DNA from: a virus
Virus record (IMG/VR): IMGVR_UViG_3300027714_000001
Coordinates: 42,180-106,179 of that record
Strand: one strand, 5' to 3'
DNA length: 64,000 nt
Part shown: one piece after another, positions 9,203 through 17,074 of the stretch
Layout: the number at the start of each line of letters is the position of its first letter
How positions within the stretch are numbered: position 1 is the first letter of the stretch
Notes under the pieces: generated by a model
Databases searched by the model: none
Told to the model about the DNA's origin: nothing
The model's input: only the letters and a program-made list of their open reading frames with translations
Program-made: the position numbers and the translations under genes

Positions 9203-9522
9203 AATTACATTTGACGTAATGAAACACTAAGTTCTTGCTAAAATACTAGTGTTCCACCGTAACAAGTAGTCTCCTCAACAGGATGAAAGCGACAACGGAA
9301 CTAAGCAAACAAATACATATAAGGTTCGATCCCTTTTCTCTGGTGAGTATATGTATGAACAATAGAATTACTGTTCATCTTACATGTAGAATGGTTCATA
9401 GCCAGCTATTTTGTACAATGAATAACATACCGTAGAGCAAGTCGCACTTGCTAAATATCTAAAGATATGATTTAACAGGTTTCTTTAGACATTACCTCAA
9501 ATTTAATTTAACAGGAAAGACA

Positions 9523-9840
9523 ATGAAGAAAATAGCAATAACAGCCCTTACATTAGGAATGTTAGCTTGTAGTTCTTCGAAGTCTACATTAATTAACGAA
9601 GATCATACAAGACTAAACATGGAAATAAAAGTTCATGTTTTTAAAAACAAGAAGCTATTAAATAGCGCACTAAAAAAAGAGTTTCCTCGCGAAATAAGAA
9701 CTGTAGAAGGTTTTGCAGTATGGTATAACACAGTAGAAGATTACTGCGAAATATATGTTACTAAACCAGACTCTAAGTTTGACATTAACACTTGGGGACA
9801 TGAGCTAGCACATTGTGTGTATGGCAGTTGGCACGACTAA
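9523..9840 (+). CDS. lipoprotein with HEXXH motif
   Basis: Lipobox MLAC; WGHELAH. Confidence 0.7.
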   Translation: MKKIAITALTLGMLACSSSKSTLINEDHTRLNMEIKVHVFKNKKLLNSALKKEFPREIRTVEGFAVWYNTVEDYCEIYVTKPDSKFDINTWGHELAHCVYGSWHD

Positions 9841-10072
9841 ACAGAGAAAAAACAAATGGTATTTACAATTTTATTAGTATTAGCAGTCTTTGCTGGAGCA
9901 TCGTTCCACAAAGAAATCACAGTAGCAAAACACGTAGTCATAGGGCTAGTAAAAGGTGTCGTACAAAAGTAATGATTGAAGGAGTTGCATTAATAGCAGT
10001 AGTATTCTTAGGACTTTATATAGGTGATGTAGAAAATTATTTACGTGCCTTAGTAAAGAGGAAATAAACAGC

Positions 10073-10151
10073 GCGGCGGTATGCTAATCTCGGTAACGCA
10101 ATGAGACTTAAAATCTTATGATTGAGGGTTCGACCCCCTCTCGCCGTACCA
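10073..10151 (+). tRNA. tRNA-Leu(UAA), short variable loop
   Basis: Loop CTTAAAA, A73, CCA. Confidence 0.85.
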
Positions 10152-10166
10152 AATTAAGGAGCAGTA

Positions 10167-10412
10167 ATGCTTAGACGTAAAGAAGTAATTGTAGTTCCAG
10201 AAGGTGAATTAAAAGAAAAGCTCTTAGCTCTTATAGCCGAGGATCAAAAAGCTCCGACAGTTTTGACAGCCAGAAAGTTGTGGCGATATTTAAGAAAAGA
10301 AATATGTTCTAAAGAATCAATACACTATCGCTACCATAACAGAACAGAGTTACTAGAGATATGTGAAGGTTCTTCTAAAGACTTCTGGATGAAGTATACT
10401 TGGAATGTGTGA
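10167..10412 (+). CDS. hypothetical protein
   Basis: AAGGAG RBS. Confidence 0.65.
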   Translation: MLRRKEVIVVPEGELKEKLLALIAEDQKAPTVLTARKLWRYLRKEICSKESIHYRYHNRTELLEICEGSSKDFWMKYTWNV

Positions 10413-10546
10413 GAAATGTCTTTATGTATCTTGGATAAGAGGATATAAACTAAAACAGATTAGAGAACATTTCCCTAATCAAACTAGTATGTTATCAGAT
10501 AGAGATATTCAAGACTCATTTAAAGTAATGATAACTAAAAAACTAT

Positions 10547-10629
10547 GCGTGGGTGGCTAATACAAATTGGCACAGTTACTGGGTTTAGAACCCAGGCCTT
10601 TGAGGGTTCGAGTCCCTCTCCGCGTACCA
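10547..10629 (+). tRNA. tRNA-Leu(UAG), short variable loop
   Basis: CTGGG-TTTAGAA-CCCAG, CCA. Confidence 0.85.
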
Positions 10630-10634
10630 AATAT

Positions 10635-10709
10635 AGTCGATTAGCTCAAAGGCAGAGCAGTGGTGTTACATACCAAAGGTTGGGATCTCGGAACTCCCAT
10701 CGACTACCA
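10635..10709 (+). tRNA. tRNA-Val(UAC)
   Basis: Loop GTTACAT, acceptor AGTCGAT/ATCGACT, aberrant T-loop, CCA. Confidence 0.8.
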
Positions 10710-10925
10710 AGTATTTATTCACATCAAGTTGACAAATGTGAATAAATATTTTAACTAAAGGAGAGTACACATGAAATTAGAAACATTTAATATTTTAATG
10801 TTCTTAGTAGAAAAAGTAGAATCGGTAGTGTCAGACATTTCTGTAGCTACAGGTGGCATGTCATTCCAAGAATGGAAAGACGCAGGAGAGCCTAGCTTTA
10901 ATAGCTCTAAAACCGAGGAAGATTA

Positions 10926-11138
10926 ATGGCCACTGAAGCAAAAGTTACCACAGACTATTACTTATGGCCCGATGGAGACTCGTTCCCCTGTGAAGAAGGT
11001 GAGCTGTCTTGGAAGTCTGACGATTATGTCATAGTAGAGATACCTTCTTCTTACGAAGGATGCCATGAAGACTACCTAGAAGGTATGCACATGGAAATCA
11101 ACTTAGGTCAAATGTGCGAGCGCAAGACTATTGTATAA
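10926..11138 (+). CDS. small acidic hypothetical protein
   Basis: GAGGA RBS. Confidence 0.6.
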   Translation: MATEAKVTTDYYLWPDGDSFPCEEGELSWKSDDYVIVEIPSSYEGCHEDYLEGMHMEINLGQMCERKTIV

Positions 11139-11418
11139 GAAATTAAAGAAAGCGAATAACAAACATTGGAAATATTTGTTTGGGCTGCTTAGCGGTAAAC
11201 ATGATGTAGTTATAAAAAGCACATGGGAATCAAAAGCTACAGGCAAAGAAGAATACGACTTTGGAAAAGGTTGGAATAGATACTACAGCTTTAATATATT
11301 GCTGCCTGATTTAAATGACCTAATATTTGACGACACTATTTTAGGTGAAGAAATAACAGGGTTTGACGTAGACCCTGTACAAAAGTTTGATGAAGTAGAT
11401 CGTTTATCAAACAAGTAA
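11131..11418 (+). CDS. hypothetical protein
   Basis: ORF overlapping the upstream stop. Confidence 0.55.
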   Translation: MYKKLKKANNKHWKYLFGLLSGKHDVVIKSTWESKATGKEEYDFGKGWNRYYSFNILLPDLNDLIFDDTILGEEITGFDVDPVQKFDEVDRLSNK

Positions 11419-11424
11419 AAGCAT

Positions 11425-11499
11425 AGGAAAGTAGCTGAGATGGATTAGCGCGGGTGTGAAGTACCCGAGACGGCAGATCGTTACTGCCCTTTCCTACCA
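11425..11499 (+). tRNA. tRNA-Phe(GAA)
   Basis: CGGGT-GTGAAGT-ACCCG, T-loop ATCGTTA, CCA. Confidence 0.85.
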
Positions 11500-11579
11500 A
11501 ATTTATTAAAAAACATGTTGCACAATAACCGATAATTCGGTATAATATGTTTCTGGAATTGAGAAATAGCGAGAAAAAT

Positions 11580-12080
11580 ATGGATTACTTTATTGGTGAT
11601 ACCCACTTTGGACACCAAAATATCTTAGAGTTTGGCAGGCCAGGGTATAAAGACATTGAAGATCACAACGAGACTTTAGTGTCAAACTGGAACTCAGTAG
11701 TAACTCATAAGAACGACAGAGTTTACTTAATGGGTGACGTAGCTTTCTCTAGTCAGTACCAGTATTTAGCTAGACTTAACGGTAAGCTAACTATTGTGTT
11801 AGGAAACCACGACTACCACAGCAAAATAAAGATTATTCAGGACATTAGACCTGACGTTAGATTGTGTGGAGCTGTAGCATACGACAAGAGTTTTATCTTA
11901 ACACACATTCCTGTACATCCTAGTCAGCTAGAGCACAGGTACAGCCACAACATTCATGGTCACTTGCACAGTTTCAAGATTGACGACCCTCGTTACATTA
12001 ACGTTAGTTGTGAACAGATCAATTCTACTCCGATTTCAATTGAAGAAATTAGAAAAAACATATTGACAGACAGCCAATAA
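11580..12080 (+). CDS. calcineurin-like metallophosphoesterase
   Basis: GDTHFGH, MGD, GNHD, THIP and HGHLH motifs; start corrected to 11580. Confidence 0.9.
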   Translation: MDYFIGDTHFGHQNILEFGRPGYKDIEDHNETLVSNWNSVVTHKNDRVYLMGDVAFSSQYQYLARLNGKLTIVLGNHDYHSKIKIIQDIRPDVRLCGAVAYDKSFILTHIPVHPSQLEHRYSHNIHGHLHSFKIDDPRYINVSCEQINSTPISIEEIRKNILTDSQ

Positions 12081-12556
12081 TTCGGTATAATATGTTTCTG
12101 GAATCGAGAAAGGAAACAAAATGTATAGATTATTGTATAAAGGCGTAATTCATGATGTTCATTGTGATTGGTTTATTTTGCACTCAAAAATGTGTAAAAA
12201 TATTAAACACCACAGCTGGAATGTTGATTTCTGTGAGATAGTATAATGAAAAAGTTTATGACTAAGTTATTTACTTTCCTGTACTACACCATTCAGTTTG
12301 TAATACTTTATGGTATATTACGTCCCCTAGTAGGAGTATGAAAATGGATAAAACTGATATATTATTTATTATATTAATAGTATTTTTTATAGGATTAACT
12401 GCGGTTAGTGTAAACACTGTTATAAACACTCCGCAAGAAAAGGTACAGTGTGAATGAAAAATAATGTAATACTTCCCATACTAAAAGTAGTGTCAGCAAT
12501 ACTAGTAATGGTTTTAATATGTGTAGTTGCCCTAAGTATAAATACTTAAAAACAAT

Positions 12557-12631
12557 GCGGGCTTGGTGTTAATGGTAGCACGTTGTCCTTCCAAGTCAAA
12601 TGTGCAGGTTCGAATCCTGTAGCCCGTTCCA
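12557..12631 (+). tRNA. tRNA-Gly(UCC)
   Basis: Loop CTTCCAA, U73, CCA. Confidence 0.9.
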
Positions 12632-12637
12632 AATTAT

Positions 12638-12712
12638 AGCAGAATAGCTTATGTCAGGACAAAGCGTATCCTTCGGGGTAAGAATTCGGTTCGAATCCGA
12701 TGTATGCGATCA
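12638..12712 (+). ncRNA. anticodon-less tRNA-like RNA (cUUCGg tetraloop)
   Basis: D-arm GCTT/AAGC, arm TATCC-TTCG-GGGTA, T-arm TCGG-TTCGAAT-CCGA, weak acceptor, ends TCA. Confidence 0.65.
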
Positions 12713-12718
12713 AACAAA

Positions 12719-12794
12719 TACGTGATAGTTTAAATATGAAAAATACAGGCCATTGCGGCTAGAGATGCTAGTGCAAGTCTGGCTCACGTAACCA
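12719..12794 (+). tRNA. atypical tRNA, undetermined identity
   Basis: Perfect acceptor TACGTGA/TCACGTA plus ACCA; D-loop lacks GG, T-loop TGCAAGT, anticodon loop CATTGCG without U33. Confidence 0.65.
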
Positions 12795-12970
12795 AATTAT
12801 TATAGTAAACTGGTTAATCCACTAATCAAAAATGTAAGCTGCATACCAAAAATTTGCAGGTCAGCGTTGGTTCGCTGAGTAGGATTGATTACCCTATTAC
12901 TTAATTGTGTATATTTGAGTCCCAAGAGGTCTTATGCAACAAATAATTGACTAGTTTACTATAATAATTT
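12794..12970 (+). ncRNA. multi-way-junction RNA closed by a 25-bp helix
   Basis: 12794-12818 pairs with 12946-12970 (2 G-U); internal hairpins CTGCA/TGCAG, TCAGCG/CGCTGA, TAGG/CCTA. Confidence 0.7.
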
Positions 12971-13009
12971 CATAAAGAGATAAAAATGATCAAAGTAATT
13001 GGTAACAAC

Positions 13010-13083
13010 TTTCCCTTAGTTTAATGGTAGAACTATACCCTTTCAAGGTATCAGCGCGAGATCGATACTCGCAGGGAAAACCA
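13010..13083 (+). tRNA. tRNA-Glu(UUC)
   Basis: ATACC-CTTTCAA-GGTAT, T-loop ATCGATA, CCA. Confidence 0.9.
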
Positions 13084-13171
13084 AATTCAAGAGTAGAAAA
13101 AGGAAATACATTATGTGGGTAGAAGTAGAAGTAACAACAACAAAAACACATTTAGTAGAAGTAGACAAGCT

Positions 13172-13879
13172 ATGAAAACCGCTCTGTTCCTATTCGACTA
13201 CACAGGCATTATGGCAATGCCTTGGGCTGAGGCGGGATATAGCTGTCTTTGCATAGATTCGCAACATCCCAAAGGCAACACCCCATCTAAAGTGCATAAA
13301 AATATAATCTTTGTAGGTCTAGAGATTAATGTTGATATGCCCATATTTCAGATTAGAAAGCTAACAAGTCACATACCTGACTTTATATTTGGATTCCCTC
13401 CTTGTACAGACCTAGCAGTCTCAGGAGCAGCACACTTTAAAAAGAAAGCGGCAGTAAATCCAAACTTTCAGAAAGATGCAATAGCATTATGTAGAACAGT
13501 AGAAACCTTGGGCAATCACTTTGACAGGCCCTGGGCATTAGAAAACCCCGTATCAGTATTAGCTACGCAATGGCGTAAACCTAACTTCTACTTTCACCCT
13601 TACGAGTTTGGTGGATATTTACCAGAAGACGATAAGCACCCTTTTTACCCTGAGTACCTACCTCCTAGAGATTGTTACAGTAAAAAGACAGGTATTTGGC
13701 ACAATGATAAATTCATAGTTCCAACTAAGTTACCTGTAGAGCTTATGACAAAAACTGGAGAATACTCAGCAATGTACTCTAAACTAGGGGGTAAGTCTAT
13801 TAGAACGAAGAACATTCGTTCAGCAACTCCTAGAGGTTTTGCAAATTCTGTATTTGAAGCTAATAAACTTGTTGACTAA
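13172..13879 (+). CDS. phage DNA cytosine-5 methyltransferase-like protein
   Basis: LFLFDYTG, FPPCTDLAVSG (catalytic PC), ENPV and RSATPRGF motifs. Confidence 0.8.
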   Translation: MKTALFLFDYTGIMAMPWAEAGYSCLCIDSQHPKGNTPSKVHKNIIFVGLEINVDMPIFQIRKLTSHIPDFIFGFPPCTDLAVSGAAHFKKKAAVNPNFQKDAIALCRTVETLGNHFDRPWALENPVSVLATQWRKPNFYFHPYEFGGYLPEDDKHPFYPEYLPPRDCYSKKTGIWHNDKFIVPTKLPVELMTKTGEYSAMYSKLGGKSIRTKNIRSATPRGFANSVFEANKLVD

Positions 13880-13931
13880 CAGCGCATTGTTTGCTATAAT
13901 ATGTTTCTGGAATTGAGAAAAGGAACAAAAA

Positions 13932-14252
13932 ATGTTTGTAAAAGTAATAACCGAAGGTGATTGTGAGGGAAGAACTACTAAAACAGTAGCTATCTTTCAA
14001 TGTGATAATGAAAGACAAGTAGCCTCTTACCTGCTAGCTAATAAAATCAAACCTTATTACCATTTTACGTTTACTCAAGTTCGTAACCCTTTAGAAGATA
14101 TTAGAAATTACGAAGTACCTGCAAATCTAGTTTTAAGCACAGATAACTATGGCAGAGCTAATATCTCTACTGGAGAGACAGAACAAGAACTGTTTATGAA
14201 AACATTAAACGCAGAACAGTTAAGAAAGTATAAAAAACTTATTGCAAAGTAA
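13932..14252 (+). CDS. hypothetical protein
   Basis: Own promoter (13872) and AAGGA RBS. Confidence 0.7.
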   Translation: MFVKVITEGDCEGRTTKTVAIFQCDNERQVASYLLANKIKPYYHFTFTQVRNPLEDIRNYEVPANLVLSTDNYGRANISTGETEQELFMKTLNAEQLRKYKKLIAK

Positions 14253-14306
14253 CCAAATCTTTGCTATAATATGTTTCTGGAATTGAGAAACAAACGATTA
14301 TTTAAA

Positions 14307-14383
14307 CTGGGTGTGGTGACAATTGGACGTCTACTTGCTTTGGAAGCAAGGTCATGTGGGTTCGAACCCCACCTCCCAGACCA
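14307..14383 (+). tRNA. tRNA-Pro(UGG)
   Basis: CTTGC-TTTGGAA-GCAAG, C1-G72, CCA. Confidence 0.9.
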
Positions 14384-14446
14384 AATTTAAAAACTTCTTG
14401 ACTAATAACCAATAATTCGGTATAATAGTTGTAGAAATTAAGAAAA

Positions 14447-14573
14447 ACCTACCCACTATACAATACACCAATAAGGGTACGCCCTCGCCTTAATGCAAGG
14501 TATAAGACAGAGTAAGTTATAGGGCGGCAAAGAAGTTGCGACAGATACTTCAAAAATCATCTACCTAGTAGGT
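14447..14573 (+). ncRNA. candidate small structured RNA
   Basis: Promoter 14398-14426; helices ACCTAC/GTAGGT, CGCCCT/AGGGCG, GAAGT/ACTTC. Confidence 0.45.
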
Positions 14574-14588
14574 GTCTAATCTTTAACT

Positions 14589-14663
14589 GGTGGTATAGTA
14601 TAACGGCAATTATGACGCGTTGTCTGCGCGAAGATCGGGGTTCGATTCCCCGTACCACCGCCA
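14589..14663 (+). tRNA. tRNA-Asp(GUC)
   Basis: CGCG-TTGTCTG-CGCG, G73, CCA. Confidence 0.9.
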
Positions 14664-14677
14664 CTTTAGGAAATACA

Positions 14678-14959
14678 ATGTTTGAAATGATTAAACAATC
14701 ACCAGACTACTTTCAGATTAATACAAAAACAGGGAAATCAGTCGGTGAGATATACAAAGAATGTGATGGTCTTTATGTGTTCTCATTCACAGATACACCT
14801 AGAGGTTGTTTTGCAGGACATTTCTTTAACTTTGTAGGTACTAGACTTAAAGAGCTAAATGCAGAGTTTTTAGCAGAGACAGAAGAATACTTCGAGGAAC
14901 AAATGAGAAAGCAACTTGCTAAGTCTTTTCATAACCCCTTTTGGCCTGTATATAAGTAA
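14678..14959 (+). CDS. hypothetical protein
   Basis: AGGA RBS; start moved past tRNA-Asp. Confidence 0.65.
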   Translation: MFEMIKQSPDYFQINTKTGKSVGEIYKECDGLYVFSFTDTPRGCFAGHFFNFVGTRLKELNAEFLAETEEYFEEQMRKQLAKSFHNPFWPVYK

Positions 14960-14967
14960 TTATTGGT

Positions 14968-15043
14968 GTGAGCGTGGCAGAATGGATGATGTCCTTGATT
15001 GTGATTCAAGATCATGCGGGTTCGAGTCCCGTCGCTCACCCCA
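14968..15043 (+). tRNA. tRNA-His(GUG)
   Basis: CTTGA-TTGTGAT-TCAAG, C73, CCA. Confidence 0.9.
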
Positions 15044-15054
15044 ATAACTATTTC

Positions 15055-15132
15055 GCGTCGCTAACTCAAATGGTCTAGAGTATCCGGCTTTTAACCGGAA
15101 GGTTCCCAGTTCGAGTCTGGGGCGACGCACCA
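15055..15132 (+). tRNA. tRNA-Lys(UUU)
   Basis: TCCGG-CTTTTAA-CCGGA, CCA. Confidence 0.92.
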
Positions 15133-15137
15133 ATTTG

Positions 15138-15239
15138 GCAACTAAATAGCGTAAGGAAATCCATTGCGAGCGCTACAAAAGTTTTAGTTGCAAGTCTTTC
15201 GATAAACTTAGTCCAATATGGATAAGGAAGTTGAAAGGC
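15138..15239 (+). ncRNA. candidate two-hairpin RNA between tRNAs
   Basis: Stems GCAACTAAA/TTTAGTTGC and GTCTTTCGAT/GTTGAAAGGC, each with inner helices. Confidence 0.5.
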
Positions 15240-15253
15240 GGATCTATTTCAAT

Positions 15254-15330
15254 TGCGAGTTAGAGTTCTGTTGAACTTATCGGTCTCATAAGCCGAATGA
15301 AGGTTGGTTAGATTCCAGCACTCGCTACCA
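15254..15330 (+). tRNA. initiator tRNA-fMet(CAU)
   Basis: U1xU72 mismatch, loop CTCATAA, CCA. Confidence 0.8.
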
Positions 15331-15336
15331 ATCAAC

Positions 15337-15411
15337 ACTCCTGTAGCTTAACGGCAAAGCGCAGGCTTCTAAACCCTAGAAATGGGAGTTCAACTCTCCC
15401 CAGGAGTACCA
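15337..15411 (+). tRNA. putative amber suppressor tRNA(CUA)
   Basis: 75-nt canonical spacing puts TTCTAAA at positions 32-38 (anticodon CTA); perfect acceptor and T stems. Confidence 0.65.
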
Positions 15412-15544
15412 AATCAATAAGTATTAGCCGACTGGCTATAAAAATGGAGACGGATATGCGTTCTAACTAGATACCCCCTTGACGACTTTATATTACTAGT
15501 AGTACAACCAAACAGAAAACAACTATTATATAAAGGAATCAAAA

Positions 15545-15868
15545 ATGAACTTAGTAAAATTAAAAATTAAAGTAAAACACCTTGCCCTAGAGCCATCCAT
15601 TATTCGCCATGAAGAACGCAAAGTTAGTGGGATGAACAAATGGGATTTACAGCATCACAGAAAATGGAATGTGCGTAACGAAGCTAGGGCAACACAGTTA
15701 GCGATAGCCTTCTTGAAGGGTAAGCCTTACAAAAGCGTTGAACCTAAACTTAGGGACAAAAATGCAGGACAGCACAACTTGGTATTTCATAGAGTTCTAA
15801 GAATGGCTCAAAAGTATGGTAAGCCAAAAACAACTGCGGTAACTATAACTAACTGGAGGAACGCATAA
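15545..15868 (+). CDS. basic hypothetical protein
   Basis: AAGGA RBS. Confidence 0.7.
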   Translation: MNLVKLKIKVKHLALEPSIIRHEERKVSGMNKWDLQHHRKWNVRNEARATQLAIAFLKGKPYKSVEPKLRDKNAGQHNLVFHRVLRMAQKYGKPKTTAVTITNWRNA

Positions 15869-16110
15869 TGGCTAATCACGAACAGAGCTTAAAAGACGCT
15901 AAAGAGCGTGTATGTGACTTGAGATTGTCAATTGAGAAAGCAATAACCGCTTTAGAAGAACTAGAGGGAGCTATATGCGATATTGATAGCTTAGATAACG
16001 TCTCTCTTAGATGGGGGGGACTCGATGTTCAGCCTTATATAAATAACATGATAAATAGCATAGCACTTAGTAGTGCTAAGTTTACTTACGAATTTGAAGA
16101 AAATCTGTAA
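15868..16110 (+). CDS. hypothetical protein
   Basis: Coupled TAATG overlap. Confidence 0.65.
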   Translation: MANHEQSLKDAKERVCDLRLSIEKAITALEELEGAICDIDSLDNVSLRWGGLDVQPYINNMINSIALSSAKFTYEFEENL

Positions 16111-16343
16111 AAACTTATTGACGAATAACCTAAATGTTGCTATAATAGCTTTTCAAATTGAGAAATAAAGGAAAACTTTTATGGCAAATGTTTATCAAAA
16201 AAATAATTTTAAAGACCGCGCTGACTACTTAGCGTGTTTAGCCGATGATAATGGCGTAGATGTTGTTTTAGTATTAATAGCCGCAGATTTACTTGGGCAA
16301 GAAGAAGACTTTGATGGATTAGTTTCCATGATACAAGATTTAT

Positions 16344-16418
16344 AGGAGTATGGTCTAATGGTTATGACCTCGGACTTTGACTCCGATAGTGCTGGTTCGA
16401 CTCCAGCTATTCCTTCCA
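16344..16418 (+). tRNA. tRNA-Gln(UUG)
   Basis: TCGGA-CTTTGAC-TCCGA, CCA. Confidence 0.9.
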
Positions 16419-16424
16419 AACACT

Positions 16425-16499
16425 AGTTTCTTAGTATACTGGCTATTACGCTCGGCTGATAACCGAAAGAAACAGGATCGTAACCTGTAGAAACTACCA
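16425..16499 (+). tRNA. tRNA-Ile(GAU)
   Basis: Loop CTGATAA, T-loop ATCGTAA, CCA. Confidence 0.9.
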
Positions 16500-16504
16500 A
16501 TTAC

Positions 16505-16541
16505 GGGGAATCCCTATGGGATGGACGTTCGGGTTGCACCC
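16505..16541 (+). pseudogene. 5' half of a tRNA-Ala(UGC)
   Basis: GGGGAAT...GGG-TTGCA-CCC, then breaks into the HNH gene. Confidence 0.5.
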
Positions 16542-16554
16542 TTAAAAGAGTAAC

Positions 16555-16885
16555 ATGGAAAAACAAATATGTAAAAAGCTTAACGTTGACCCAAATACTC
16601 TGGCTAGGAAGAGCATTACCTATGAGCAGTTTACTAGACGGTATATGTATTTCTTGTGCATCTAAAAGTGCTAAGTACCGCGCAAGGCTATATAATAGAA
16701 TACCTAGTTGGGCTAACATAGAACAAATAAATGAGTTTTATAGTAATGCTAATGGCTATGAAGTAGATCACATTATTCCATTACACGGAAAATTAGTAAG
16801 GGGACTTCATGTATTAAATAACTTGCAGTATTTAACTAAAGAAGAAAATCAGGAAAAAAGCAATAAATTTATTGTAAACAAATAA
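16555..16885 (+). pseudogene. frameshifted HNH homing endonuclease
   Basis: ATG 16555 with RBS is out of frame with the HNH domain (YEVDHIIPLHGKLVRGLHVLNNLQYLTKEENQEKSN). Confidence 0.75.
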
Positions 16886-16886
16886 T

Positions 16887-16962
16887 GGGGATGTAGTTGT
16901 AATCGGTAAAACGACGCGCTTGCACCGCGTAGTACGGGGATCGTAACCCCGCTTCTCCACCA
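16887..16962 (+). tRNA. tRNA-Ala(UGC)
   Basis: G3-U70 pair, ACGCG-CTTGCAC-CGCGT, CCA. Confidence 0.9.
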
Positions 16963-16968
16963 AACAAC

Positions 16969-17044
16969 GCAGGCGTAGTCAAAAGGATTGGCACTGGATT
17001 ACGAATCCAGATTAATGTAGGTTCGAGTCCTACCGTCTGTACCA
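16969..17044 (+). tRNA. tRNA-Arg(ACG)
   Basis: CTGGA-TTACGAA-TCCAG, CCA. Confidence 0.9.
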
Positions 17045-17074
17045 AATTTTAAATAACTACAGGAAATTAAACAA

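Noticed and set aside
5860-9500. tmRNA, RNase P, SRP or rRNA
   Set aside because: No GGGGC...TCCACCA ends, GAGGAAAGTCC motif, SRP domain IV motif or rRNA-like sequence was seen
717-16719. ORF-track calls over RNA genes (N-termini of 717, 1444 and 14612; 4501, 5140, 6166, 6186, 6449, 7672, 8176, 10545, 16225, 16501)
   Set aside because: They overlap tRNAs, promoters or structured RNA and lack an RBS or protein motifs
16505-16962. Group I intron in tRNA-Ala
   Set aside because: The downstream tRNA is complete by itself and no intron core elements are recognisable
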